Shown piece after piece: positions 46,941 to 56,912 of a DNA stretch of 64,000 nucleotides (positions within the stretch are counted from its first letter, which is position 1; each line of letters opens with the position of its first letter). The DNA is from Candidatus Binatia bacterium (GTDB lineage: Bacteria; Desulfobacterota; Binatia; UBA9968; JAJDTQ01). Made by a program: the position numbers and the translations under genes. Where the stretch lies: assembly GCA_963666515.2 (NCBI GenBank), contig OY762897.2, positions 4,224,001 to 4,288,000 of the forward strand, given 5' to 3'. The notes under the pieces are model-generated. The model saw only the letters and a program-made list of their open reading frames with translations. It was not told the origin of the DNA and did not search any database.

Positions 46941-48143
46941 CTAGCCGAGCGTCCCCTTGCGTTGCAGTTCCGCGATAGCGTCGTCGTCCAGTTCCAGCCA
47001 GTCCTTCAGCACTTGCTCGTTGTGCTCGCCCAGGAGCGGAGGCGCGAGGCGGATGGAGGCCGGAGTCTCGGAGAACTTCACCGGCAAGCCGGCCATGCGC
47101 ACTTTGCCCGCGGTGGGATGGTCCACCTCCCGAAGCATCCCGGTCGCCCGCACCTGCGGGGAATCGAACACCTCCCGGATGTTCTGGACCGGGGAGCAGG
47201 GCACCCCGGCGCGGTTCAGGACATCGATCCATTCATGACCGGGGCGCGTTCGGAACATCTCCCCCAGGATTCCCAGGAGCGCGTCCCGGTTCTCCACCCG
47301 GCGCGCGTTGGTCTCGAACCGGGGGTCGGCGGCCAGCTCCGGCCTGCCGACGCCCTCGCAGAACCGCGCCCAGATGGCCTCGTTGGCCACGGCGACCACC
47401 AGGTGGCCGTCCGCGGTCGGGAAGCTCTGGTACGGCACGATGTTGGGGTGCGCGTTGCCCCAGCGGCCGGGAACCTCGCCGGTCACAAGGTAGTTGCTGC
47501 CGGCATTGATCAGGCTGGCGATCTCCGCCTCCATCAGGGAGGTCTCGATCCGTTGCCCCTTGCCGGTCTTTTCCCGGGCGAACAGCGCCGCGGCGATGGC
47601 GTTGCCCAGCATGAGGCCCGCCACGATGTCGATGATGGCCACTCCCACCTTCGACGGTTCCCCGTCCGCCGGGCCGGTGATGCTCATCAGGCCGCCCCAG
47701 GCCTGAATGGCCAGGTCGTAGCCCGGCCGGTTCTTCATGGGCCCGCTCGCGCCAAAGGCCGAAAGCGACGCGTAGACGAGGCGCGGGTTCCGTTGCCGGA
47801 CCTCCGTTTCGGACAGTCCCCAGCCCGCCAGCGTGCCGGGCCGGAAATTCTCCATCAGCACGTCGGCCTCCAACGCGAGACGGCGCAGCAACTCGATGCC
47901 GTCCGGCTTCCTCAGGTCCAGGGTGACGCTCCGCTTGTTGCGGTTGACGCAAAGGAAGTACGCGCTCTCGCCCCCCTGGAAAGGCGGCCCCCAGCTTCGC
48001 GTGTCGTCTCCCCTGCCGGGTTGCTCGATCTTGACCACCTCGGCGCCCAGGTCGCCGAGGAACATGGTGCAATAGGGGCCGGCCAGGACCCGCGACAAGT
48101 CCAGCACGCGGATGCCGTGCAGCGGGCCGTCGGCTGTGCTCAT
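46941..48143 (-). CDS. CaiB/BaiF family III CoA transferase
   Basis: Motifs PLHGIRVLDLSRVLAGP, NRNKRS, ENFRPG, GYD and PPLLGEH. Confidence 0.93.
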   Translation of the reverse strand: MSTADGPLHGIRVLDLSRVLAGPYCTMFLGDLGAEVVKIEQPGRGDDTRSWGPPFQGGESAYFLCVNRNKRSVTLDLRKPDGIELLRRLALEADVLMENFRPGTLAGWGLSETEVRQRNPRLVYASLSAFGASGPMKNRPGYDLAIQAWGGLMSITGPADGEPSKVGVAIIDIVAGLMLGNAIAAALFAREKTGKGQRIETSLMEAEIASLINAGSNYLVTGEVPGRWGNAHPNIVPYQSFPTADGHLVVAVANEAIWARFCEGVGRPELAADPRFETNARRVENRDALLGILGEMFRTRPGHEWIDVLNRAGVPCSPVQNIREVFDSPQVRATGMLREVDHPTAGKVRMAGLPVKFSETPASIRLAPPLLGEHNEQVLKDWLELDDDAIAELQRKGTLG

Positions 48144-48514
48144 TCGAACTCCATGCCTTGCTCGCGCAGGATCTCGTCCAGCGTCTCGGCTCCCAGCCAC
48201 AGCCCGGGCATGCCGCCGGGTATGGCCGACACCTCCACCGCTTCCAGCACCTGGCGCGGCGTGGCGCCGAGCTTGAGCGCCCGCTCGCTGTGGAGGCGCA
48301 CGCCGCGGGGCCGGTTCAAGGCGCAGGTGATGCCCACCATGATCAGCTCCTTGGTCTTCCGTTCGAGGGCGCCCTCGCGCCCGAAGGTCCCGTCCACGAA
48401 CAGCCCGGTCAGGTGCCGGGAGTACTCGGGGTCGAGGTCGGCGATGATGTCGTAGGCCCTGTTCGTGGCCCCCAGCGATACGTCCTCGAAAGCCTTGCGC
48501 GCGTCGTCCGCCAT
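48140..48514 (-). CDS. Carboxymuconolactone decarboxylase (CMD) family protein
   Basis: Sequence LERKTKELI...H..RAL.LGAT..QVLEA. ATGA overlap with the CoA transferase. Confidence 0.82.
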   Translation of the reverse strand: MADDARKAFEDVSLGATNRAYDIIADLDPEYSRHLTGLFVDGTFGREGALERKTKELIMVGITCALNRPRGVRLHSERALKLGATPRQVLEAVEVSAIPGGMPGLWLGAETLDEILREQGMEFE

Positions 48515-48646
48515 GTGGAATCTCCTTTCCGGATCGGGCCGATGCGCGTCGGCAACGTGCGCGATCCGTGGTCTCTTGTAGCAGCCTCGCCCGCCTGGGC
48601 AAAGGCCCTTGCTCTCCCGCCACGCAACCGCCGCGCGGCCACGCAA

Positions 48647-48752
48647 CCGTCACCCCGGACTTGATCCGGGGTCCAGCGGACGGGCGGGGGGCAGAAAGAC
48701 TGGCAACCCCCAGCCCCGCCTCCTGGACCCCGGATCAAGTCCGGGGTGACGG
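48647..48752. repeat. Inverted pair of REP-like palindromes
   Basis: CCGTCACCCCGGACTTGATCCGGGGTCCAG (48647-48676) and its exact reverse complement (48723-48752). Confidence 0.9.
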
Positions 48753-48786
48753 AGTGCGGGTCTCCCGGACGCCGGAACAAGTCCGA

Positions 48787-48815
48787 TTGACAGCGTGGAA
48801 GCTCATCGTTAGTTT
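48787..48815 (+). promoter_or_regulatory. Putative sigma70 promoter
   Basis: TTGACA-17 nt-TAGTTT, followed by a GGAGG RBS before ATG 48848. Confidence 0.6.
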
Positions 48816-48847
48816 CATTTCGTATTCAGTTCGGAGGACTTAACACC

Positions 48848-49522
48848 ATGACCGGAAGGGAATTCGTCGAATCGCTGTGGAGCCGGTACCACGACGAACT
48901 GGAGGGGCCCGTCATCGCCATCCGCAAGGCGCTGGCGGAGCTGGATCCGCGGACTCCGGAGTTCGTCGGCCTGATGCAGCGGCAGGCGAAGAAGGAGCTG
49001 GCTCACGGCGTGGCGTTCACCAAGGCGTTGCTGCAATACGGCGAGTTGGAACCTCACGAGCGCGCCCACGTGGCCGAGCAGGCCGCCGACGAGTACAAGC
49101 ACTACGCGCTCATCAAGGACTACCTCGACGGCCGCAGCGCCGCCGACGATATCCCAGCGGATGCCTACGACGGCTACTTCGGGCAATTCCTCACCGGCGA
49201 CGTGCGCGCGTTCCGGCTGTGCAACATCGCCGAGAAGTCCGCGGTGGTGTTCATGCAGCACCTGCGGGACGTGACGCCCGATCCGGTGGTGCGGCGGCTC
49301 GCCAAGGACATCGTGGACGACGAGGAAGGCCACGAGGATATGGTCATGGAGAAGCTCGCCCGCTTCGCCGAGGACCCGGCCAACCGCGAATTTCTGGAGA
49401 ACATGTTCGTCCAGAGTTGGGCCAGCCAGAAGGAAGGCGTGATCCGCGAAGGGCGGGAGTTGGGCGTCGATGTGGACGCAATTCTGCGGGAATTCGGCGC
49501 CCCTGGACGTCGCCCGACCTGA
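48848..49522 (+). CDS. Ferritin-like (diiron carboxylate) domain protein
   Basis: E...ExxH...E...ExxH spacing: KELAH, DEYKH, IAEK, DEEGH. Confidence 0.75.
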   Translation: MTGREFVESLWSRYHDELEGPVIAIRKALAELDPRTPEFVGLMQRQAKKELAHGVAFTKALLQYGELEPHERAHVAEQAADEYKHYALIKDYLDGRSAADDIPADAYDGYFGQFLTGDVRAFRLCNIAEKSAVVFMQHLRDVTPDPVVRRLAKDIVDDEEGHEDMVMEKLARFAEDPANREFLENMFVQSWASQKEGVIREGRELGVDVDAILREFGAPGRRPT

Positions 49523-49549
49523 GCGCACTTCCGGCGCCCGACTTCCCGG

Positions 49550-50821
49550 CTAGCCTCGCCGCCGGGGCACGTGTCGAGCAGGCCCGGAGACGCGTGTGTC
49601 GCCCTCGGGGCTCGCGAGTTGTCGTTCCAGCGCGGTGAATGCCTCGATCAGTTCAGGCGCCTCGAAAGCGCGATTCCGCCGGCCCACGGTGATTTGCGTA
49701 AGGACGCCTGCGTCCACGAGCCGGTTCATCGCCTGGCTGGTCGCCTGGAATGACCGGCCGATCAACGCCGCGGCGGTGGAGGTGGTGAGCACTGGCGCCG
49801 CGGGGAGGGCGTCGATCAGAAGGCGGGCCGCCGAGTCACGGCGGATGGGTCCGACCCGCTCATGCCAGGAGTCCAGCAGTGCGCGCACCCGCTCCTCGAA
49901 TCGGCTGGCGTCCCCGACTGCCCGGTGACAGGCGGACGCAAAGAGCGCGATCCAGCGATTGATCCCTGCATGGGCCTCCGCGGAGTCGGCAGCACCGACG
50001 TAACGGGTCCCCATCAGGCCGCTGACATAGTCCCGCGACCATGTAGCGAGGACAAGAGAGACCGGAGGGAGGACGCGGAGCCCGACCCCCCGGCGGCGCA
50101 TCACCAAGTGGAAAAGCACCCGCCCGGAGCGTCCGTTGCCGTCCACGAAGGGGTGGATCGTTTCGAACTGGGCATGGGCGACCGCGGCCTGTGCCAGCGC
50201 TGGAAGCGAGTCGTTATTGCAGAACGTGAACAGGTCGTCCAGCAGACCGGCCACGGCCTCTGGCGGCGGCGGCACGAACTCAGCGGAGCAGGGGTTGTAG
50301 TCACTGCCGCCGATCCAGTTCTGGACGTCGCGGATTCGGCCCGCATGCGCCGTGAGGCGTGTGCCGGCCAGCAGACGGCGGTGCACCTCCAACAGGGTTT
50401 CGATGGTTATCACGCCGCCAGACTCGACGTCGGTCACCCCCCGGACCATTGCATCGATGTTGGCGAGCACCTCGGCGGCCGTGAGGTCGCGGGGCGCCTC
50501 TTCAAGTTGCCGTGCGGCATCGGCGCGTAGCAGCCGCCGTCCCCCCACTTCGAGCCCTTCAATGCGGGACGAGGCAACGCACTCGGCGCGTAGCAGGAGC
50601 CGGGCCAGCGCCTCGGTGCCGGCGAGCGCGCCCGCAGTGGCGTCGAGCCGCACCAGCGCGGCCTCGGCATCGGCAACGTCCGCGGCAACGTCACCGTCGA
50701 GGACGAACGAGCGGCCGGCCAGTGCATCAGGCAGGTAGACCGCGTAGTCGCATGGGCTGCGGTCGCGCCGGGTCAGTCCAGCGGCTTCTCCCTCCCAGCG
50801 CCGCTTTTGCGTATGTGCCAT
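49550..50821 (-). CDS. Fic family protein with C-terminal HTH
   Basis: Catalytic motif HPFVDGNGRSGR and N-terminal inhibitory motif SSRIEG. Confidence 0.92.
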   Translation of the reverse strand: MAHTQKRRWEGEAAGLTRRDRSPCDYAVYLPDALAGRSFVLDGDVAADVADAEAALVRLDATAGALAGTEALARLLLRAECVASSRIEGLEVGGRRLLRADAARQLEEAPRDLTAAEVLANIDAMVRGVTDVESGGVITIETLLEVHRRLLAGTRLTAHAGRIRDVQNWIGGSDYNPCSAEFVPPPPEAVAGLLDDLFTFCNNDSLPALAQAAVAHAQFETIHPFVDGNGRSGRVLFHLVMRRRGVGLRVLPPVSLVLATWSRDYVSGLMGTRYVGAADSAEAHAGINRWIALFASACHRAVGDASRFEERVRALLDSWHERVGPIRRDSAARLLIDALPAAPVLTTSTAAALIGRSFQATSQAMNRLVDAGVLTQITVGRRNRAFEAPELIEAFTALERQLASPEGDTRVSGPARHVPRRRG

Positions 50822-50825
50822 GACC

Positions 50826-50872
50826 CCCTTTCTTTATTTAAGGATAATATATTTTCCTTGAATTAGAAAGGG
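50826..50872. promoter_or_regulatory. AT-rich imperfect palindrome upstream of fic (probable operator/promoter)
   Basis: CCCTTTCT...AAGGA-TAATATATTT-TCCTT...AGAAAGGG. The most AT-rich patch in the neighbourhood. Confidence 0.55.
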
Positions 50873-50952
50873 AGCAGTTCAAGGTTCCTCAGGATATCCC
50901 GAGCGGCGTTGAGAGCCGGGCGCCACCTGCGGAGGCAAGACCGGCGCTCGCT

Positions 50953-51900
50953 TCAATGCCAGAAGCCGTGACGCCGCACCACCTCGATGTAGTCCGCGAG
51001 CCCTTTCTCCAGAGTGTACTGCGGCTTGTAGCCGAGAACGCTTTCGGCCGCGGACACGTCCACGCGGGGGCGCCCCTTGCCCGCGCCGGCGCCCTCGGCC
51101 AGCTCGACGGCGCGTCCCGGCAGCAGCCGGTGCAGCGCCCGCACGAAGTCCTGGGGACCGTAGTTCCTGCCCACGGCGATGTTGAAGGACTTGCCGGGCG
51201 CGTCCTTGGCGGTGCAGGCCAGAGCGATGCCGCGGCCCACGTCCGCGGCGTAGACGAAATCGTTGGGTCCCACGTGCCGGGCCTCGAGCCGGATCGGCCC
51301 CTCGCCGACGCACGCGCGCACCAGGTCGTTCATGGCGATGCCGCCGCCGGAGCCGCCGCGATAGTGTCCGGGGCCGTACACGCCGCTGGGCCGGATGCGC
51401 ACGCACTCCATGCCGTAGTAGTTCTCGTAGGCGTCCAGGAACACTTCGTTGGCCACCTTGGTGGCCGGGTAGAAGCGGTTGCCCCAGCGCGGCGCGTCCT
51501 CCCTGACCGGTCCCTTGCGGATGTTGGCCCAGTCGTAGACGCCGAAGGTGCTGACGTGCACCAGCCGCTTGACCCGGGTGATCTGGCAGGCCTCGAAGAC
51601 GTTCACCGATCCCACGGTGTTTGTGCGGAAGCCGCGGTAGGGCGGGCTCTCCACCTGACCGCCGATGAGCCCGGCGGTGTGCACCAGCACGTCCGGCCTG
51701 GCCTGCGACAGGGCGCGAAGCAGGTTGGGCATGTCCAGCAGGTCGCCGCGCACCGTGGTCACGCGTTTCATTCCGGCGATGGCCGCGACGTAGTCCGGGT
51801 CGGGACTCAGGTCGTAGAGGTGGACCGAGTGGCCCTCCCGGGTCAGCTCCCTGGCGGTGTTGCATCCGAGCATTCCGGCTCCGGTGATGAATACTTTCAT
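50953..51900 (-). CDS. NAD-dependent epimerase/dehydratase
   Basis: Motifs ITGAGMLG, VHTAG, YPATK and RPSGVYGPG. Confidence 0.88.
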   Translation of the reverse strand: MKVFITGAGMLGCNTARELTREGHSVHLYDLSPDPDYVAAIAGMKRVTTVRGDLLDMPNLLRALSQARPDVLVHTAGLIGGQVESPPYRGFRTNTVGSVNVFEACQITRVKRLVHVSTFGVYDWANIRKGPVREDAPRWGNRFYPATKVANEVFLDAYENYYGMECVRIRPSGVYGPGHYRGGSGGGIAMNDLVRACVGEGPIRLEARHVGPNDFVYAADVGRGIALACTAKDAPGKSFNIAVGRNYGPQDFVRALHRLLPGRAVELAEGAGAGKGRPRVDVSAAESVLGYKPQYTLEKGLADYIEVVRRHGFWH

Positions 51901-51980
51901 GGGGTTCCTCCTGAACGAAAATTTCCTGTTGACCGGTGCGCTGCCGAAGTATATTTTGGGCGCATCGAGGATCACGAACC

Positions 51981-52463
51981 ATGGCGAATAAAACGACAAT
52001 CGAGTTGCAAGTCAACGGCGTCAGCCGGACGGCCGAGGTCGAGCCCCGGTTGCTGCTGGTGCATTACCTGCGCGACGTGCTGGGCCTGACCGGGACCCAC
52101 ATCGGCTGCGAGACGAGCCTGTGCGGCGCCTGCACCGTCATGGTGGACGGCGCCGCGGTGAAGTCCTGCACGCTGCTGGCCGTTCAGGCGGACGGGTGCG
52201 AGGTCCGGACCATCGAATCGCTCGCCACCGACGACGGGCTTCATCCGATACAGGAGGCGTTCTGGGAGTGCCACGGGCTCCAGTGCGGCTTCTGCACGCC
52301 GGGCATGATCATGGCCACGCAGCAGCTTCTCCAGGAGAACCCGAGCCCCTCGGAGGAGGAGATCCGCCACGGGCTCGAAGGCAACATCTGCCGCTGCACC
52401 GGGTACAAGCATATCGTCGACGCGGTGCAGCAGGCCGCGGAACAAATGAAAGCTGGGACGTAA
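51981..52463 (+). CDS. coxS: CoxS-like 2Fe-2S subunit
   Basis: Motifs [12 protein letters not shown]...[10 protein letters not shown] and NICRCTGY. Confidence 0.9.
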   Translation: MANKTTIELQVNGVSRTAEVEPRLLLVHYLRDVLGLTGTHIGCETSLCGACTVMVDGAAVKSCTLLAVQADGCEVRTIESLATDDGLHPIQEAFWECHGLQCGFCTPGMIMATQQLLQENPSPSEEEIRHGLEGNICRCTGYKHIVDAVQQAAEQMKAGT

Positions 52464-52466
52464 GCC

Positions 52467-54794
52467 ATGCCGGTAAGCAAGCTCGTTGGAACCAAGGTCA
52501 AGAGGCGTGAAGACCCGCGCCTGGTGCAGGGTCTCTCGCACTACGTGGACGATCTGCGGATGGCCGACGTGATGCACGTGGCCATCCTGCGGAGCCCCCA
52601 CGCCCACGCCCGCATCAACGGCATCGACACGGACGCCGCCGCGGCGCTTGCCGGAGTCGTCAGCGTGGTCACCGGCGCGGACATCGGCGACAGCGTGGGC
52701 TCGGTGCCCTGCGCCGCGGCCAACCCGACGCTGCGCACGCCGCCGCACCCGGTGCTGGCCCAGGACGAGGTGCGCTACGTGGGAGAGCCGGTGGCCGCGG
52801 TGGTGGCCGGGGACTCCTACACCGCCCGGGACGCCCTCGACCTGATCGAGGTGGACTATGAGCCGCTGCCGGCGGTGTCGGACCTGGAGAAGGCGCTGGA
52901 GCCGGGCTCGCCGCTGGTCCATTCGCAGTGGGACAGCAACCAGGCCTTCACCTTCGAGTGCGGCACCGGGGACATGGACAAGGCCCGCGCCGAGGCCGAC
53001 GTCGTCGTCAAGCAGAAGTTCATCCACCAGCGGCTCGCGCCCATTCCGGTGGAGACCCGCGGCGTGGTGGCCCGGTATTTCCCCGGCGAGGACGAACTGA
53101 CCGTGTGGAGCTCGACCCAGATCCCGCATCTGCTACGGGCCATGCTGGCGCTCATGCTCAACTTCCCGGAGCACCGCATCCGCATCATCGCTCCGGAGGT
53201 GGGCGGCGGCTTCGGCTGCAAGCTCAACGTGTACCGGGAGGAGGGCCTGCTGGCCCACCTGGCGATGAAGCTCAAGGGCACGGTGAAGTGGATCGAGGGG
53301 CGCCGCGAGAACATCCAGGCGACCATCCACGGACGCGGACAGGTGGGCACCGTGGAAGCCGCGGTGAAGAAGGACGGCACGATCCTGGGCGTCACCTACG
53401 ACAGCCTGCTGGACACCGGCGCCTATCACCAGCTCCTGACGCCGGGCATGCCGCCGCTCACCGGCCTGATGATCAGCGGCTCCTACAAGATCCCGACCCT
53501 GAAGTTCACTTCCACCGGCGGCTTCACCAACAAGGTCGCCACCGACGCCTACCGCGGCGCCGGCAGGCCCGAAGCCACCCTGGTGATCGAGCGCACCATG
53601 GACCTGATCGCGCGGGAGTTGGACATGGACCCGCTGGAGGTGCGCCGCAAGAACTTCGCGCAGCCCTCGGATTTCCCGCTCTCGGTGGCCACCGGGCTCG
53701 CCTATGACAGCGGCAACTACCAGGCGGCGCTGGACCGGGCGCTGGAGATGGTGGGGTATGAGGAGCTTCGCGCCGAGCAGAAGCGGCTCCGGGAGGAAGG
53801 CCGCTACATGGGCATCGGCTTCTCCACCTACGTCGAGATCTGCGCCATGGGACCGTCCGCGGCGCTGCCGGCGGGGGGATGGGAGAGCGGCACCGTGCGG
53901 CTGGACTTCACCGGCAAGACCACCGTGCTGACCGGCGTTTCGCCCCACGGCCAGGGTGAGGAGACCACCTTCGCGCAGATCGTCTCCGACGAGTTGGGCG
54001 TCCCCATCGAGGACGTGGCCGTGCTCCACGGCGATACGGCCGTGGTGCCCAACGGCATCGGCACCTTCGGCAGCCGCGGCATCTCGGTAGGCGGCACCGC
54101 GGTGTACATGGCGACCCAGAAGGTCAAGGAGAAGGCCGAGGCCATCGCCGCCAACGTGCTGGAGTGCAGCGCCGAGGACCTGGAGTTCGAGGACGGCAAG
54201 TTCTCGGTCAAGGGCGTGCCCGACAAGGGCATCACCATCCAGGAGGTCGCCCTGCAGGCCCACGTGGCCACCAAGCTGCCCGCCGGCATGGAGCCGGGAC
54301 TCCAGGCGACGTCGGTGTTCGAGCCCTCGAACTTCACGTTCCCCTTCGGCACGCACATCTGCGTGGTGGAGGTGGACACCCAGAGCGGCGAGATCGAGAT
54401 CAAGAAATATGTAGCGGTGGACGACTGCGGCAAGGTCATCAACCCGATGATCGTGGACGGCCAGGTGCAGGGCGGCATCGCCCAGGGGCTGGGACAGGCG
54501 CTCCTGGAAGAGGTGGTCTACGACGAGGACGGCCAGCTCGTCACCGGCAGCCTCATGGACTACGCCGTGGCCCGGGCCGAGGACCTGCCGGAACTGGAGT
54601 TCGACCGCACGGAGACACCGTCGCCGGTGAACCCCATGGGTGTCAAGGGAGTGGGCGAGGCTGGCACCATCGGCTCCACGCCCTCCATCGTCAACGCCGT
54701 GGTGGACGCGCTGGCCCCGTTCGGCGTCACCCACATCGACATGCCGCTCAAGCCCGAGAAGATCTGGCGCCTGTGCCAGGGCGGCGCGAAGTAA
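52467..54794 (+). CDS. coxL: Form II CoxL-like molybdenum hydroxylase large subunit
   Basis: Motifs VGGGFG, AYRGAGR (form II active-site motif), HGQGEET and KGVGEAG. Gene order S-L-M. Confidence 0.88.
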   Translation: MPVSKLVGTKVKRREDPRLVQGLSHYVDDLRMADVMHVAILRSPHAHARINGIDTDAAAALAGVVSVVTGADIGDSVGSVPCAAANPTLRTPPHPVLAQDEVRYVGEPVAAVVAGDSYTARDALDLIEVDYEPLPAVSDLEKALEPGSPLVHSQWDSNQAFTFECGTGDMDKARAEADVVVKQKFIHQRLAPIPVETRGVVARYFPGEDELTVWSSTQIPHLLRAMLALMLNFPEHRIRIIAPEVGGGFGCKLNVYREEGLLAHLAMKLKGTVKWIEGRRENIQATIHGRGQVGTVEAAVKKDGTILGVTYDSLLDTGAYHQLLTPGMPPLTGLMISGSYKIPTLKFTSTGGFTNKVATDAYRGAGRPEATLVIERTMDLIARELDMDPLEVRRKNFAQPSDFPLSVATGLAYDSGNYQAALDRALEMVGYEELRAEQKRLREEGRYMGIGFSTYVEICAMGPSAALPAGGWESGTVRLDFTGKTTVLTGVSPHGQGEETTFAQIVSDELGVPIEDVAVLHGDTAVVPNGIGTFGSRGISVGGTAVYMATQKVKEKAEAIAANVLECSAEDLEFEDGKFSVKGVPDKGITIQEVALQAHVATKLPAGMEPGLQATSVFEPSNFTFPFGTHICVVEVDTQSGEIEIKKYVAVDDCGKVINPMIVDGQVQGGIAQGLGQALLEEVVYDEDGQLVTGSLMDYAVARAEDLPELEFDRTETPSPVNPMGVKGVGEAGTIGSTPSIVNAVVDALAPFGVTHIDMPLKPEKIWRLCQGGAK

Positions 54795-54832
54795 ACGGGT
54801 AACGAGAGTCAGACAGATAGCGAGAGCCGATC

Positions 54833-55690
<858 letters not shown>

Positions 55691-55694
55691 GAGC

Positions 55695-55791
55695 CTGTCC
55701 GAGCAATCGAATTTCAGGGGGCGACCGCGGGCCGCCCCTACACATGCGCCAGCGATGAACCCCATGTAGGGGCGACCCGCGGTCGCCCTGG
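55695..55791. repeat. GTAG-type REP doublet (REPIN-like), copy 1
   Basis: GGGGCGACCGCGGGCCGCCCCTAC...GTAGGGGCGACCCGCGGTCGCCC. Near reverse complement of 59850-59930. Confidence 0.8.
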
Positions 55792-55850
55792 TTCCGATAG
55801 TGAGGCCGGCGGCCTGCTGGCCTCACGCCGACCCCCACAAGGAATGGATC

Positions 55851-56267
55851 ATGCCCAAGGCGCCCAGCGGCCTGATGGGAATGCGCCACATTGCCCTCAA
55901 CGTGAAGGACATGGAGCGCTCGAAAGCCTTCTACCAGGACGTCCTGGGCATGGAAGTCGTGTGGCAGCCCGACCCTCAGAACGCCTACTTGAGCTCCGGC
56001 GTCGACAACCTCGCCCTCCACGAAACCCCCGGCGACCGGGCGCCCGCCGCCACCTCGTCACTCGACCACCTGGGCTTCATCGTCTCCGACATCGGCCGAG
56101 TCCAGGAGTTGGAAAAGGAGTTCCGCGCCCGACAGGTCACCATCATCAAGCCCTTCAAGCGCCACCGCGACGGCAGCGCCTCCTTCTACTGCGCCGACCC
56201 CGACGGCATCGTCATCCAGATGCTCTACGAGCCGACGCTGAGCAACCAGAGGATCGGCGGGGAGTGA
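55851..56267 (+). CDS. VOC/glyoxalase family protein
   Basis: Motifs MRHIALNV, LDHLGF and FYCADPDG. Confidence 0.88.
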   Translation: MPKAPSGLMGMRHIALNVKDMERSKAFYQDVLGMEVVWQPDPQNAYLSSGVDNLALHETPGDRAPAATSSLDHLGFIVSDIGRVQELEKEFRARQVTIIKPFKRHRDGSASFYCADPDGIVIQMLYEPTLSNQRIGGE

Positions 56268-56288
56268 GGGGACCAGCAGTATCTCGTA

Positions 56289-56912
56289 TCAGCAGTTCCC
56301 GTCGTTTCGGCTGATCAACCCTGACAGCGTGGTGAACAGCCGTTCGCAATGGCCGCATCGTTGGCGCACCGTCGTGGGGTTAATCCGTTGAAGAAGGTGT
56401 CGAGCATGCCGGATCTTGTGGTAGGCTCCCTTCCGTGTCCCTGCGGTGGCGCGAGTCAGACGCTCAGCGACCTCGCGTTTGTCCACTTCCTCAAGATTCT
56501 GGTGTTGAGGGAGAGCATTCTCCTGGAAACCCTGACCGTAGTAGCCCCTGAGCGCGACCTTGTCCGCAACGATCCATGTTTCCATTGTCTGAACCATGAG
56601 ATGAATCCTCTCGCCGTCGATGTCTTGGAGGTCCCATCCATCCCGCATCGTCAAATGATCAACGGGCTCGATGTTGACCGGCGCTTCTGAATCGACCAGA
56701 AGAACGACGATCCCTGGTTCACCGTTCATGAGTTCGTTTTGGAAACGTTTGTGTGCCTCGTTGCGCGAACCGCAACAAACCAGCTTCCAGTGCCAGTTCC
56801 GGGCACGGCAGGCGTCCTTGATTTCGGCCAGAAATACCTCCATGCCCTCACGCAACGCGGCTTTGGAGTTGTTGCCGTCCCCGCCACCCTCCATATAAAT
56901 CGCGACGTTCAC
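56289..56912 (-). CDS. DUF4276-like (TOPRIM-like) protein
   Basis: Motifs IYMEGGG, LLVDSE, MVQTMETW and YHKIRHA. GTGA overlap with the upstream ATPase. Confidence 0.8.
   Translation of the reverse strand: MNVAIYMEGGGDGNNSKAALREGMEVFLAEIKDACRARNWHWKLVCCGSRNEAHKRFQNELMNGEPGIVVLLVDSEAPVNIEPVDHLTMRDGWDLQDIDGERIHLMVQTMETWIVADKVALRGYYGQGFQENALPQHQNLEEVDKREVAERLTRATAGTRKGAYHKIRHARHLLQRINPTTVRQRCGHCERLFTTLSGLISRNDGNC

Noticed and set aside
50836-50863. dif (XerCD) site
   Set aside because: ATTTAAGGATAA resembles the XerD arm only with an insertion, and spacer and XerC arm do not fit. An operator is the simpler reading.
52467-54794. Bona fide aerobic CO dehydrogenase
   Set aside because: Active site is AYRGAGR (form II), not AYxCSFR. 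Order is S-L-M and no coxDEFG genes are present, so CO oxidation is unsupported.
55800-55826. Intrinsic terminator after coxM
   Set aside because: Strong hairpin GTGAGGCC/GGCCTCAC but no U-tract on either strand, so the function is unsupported.
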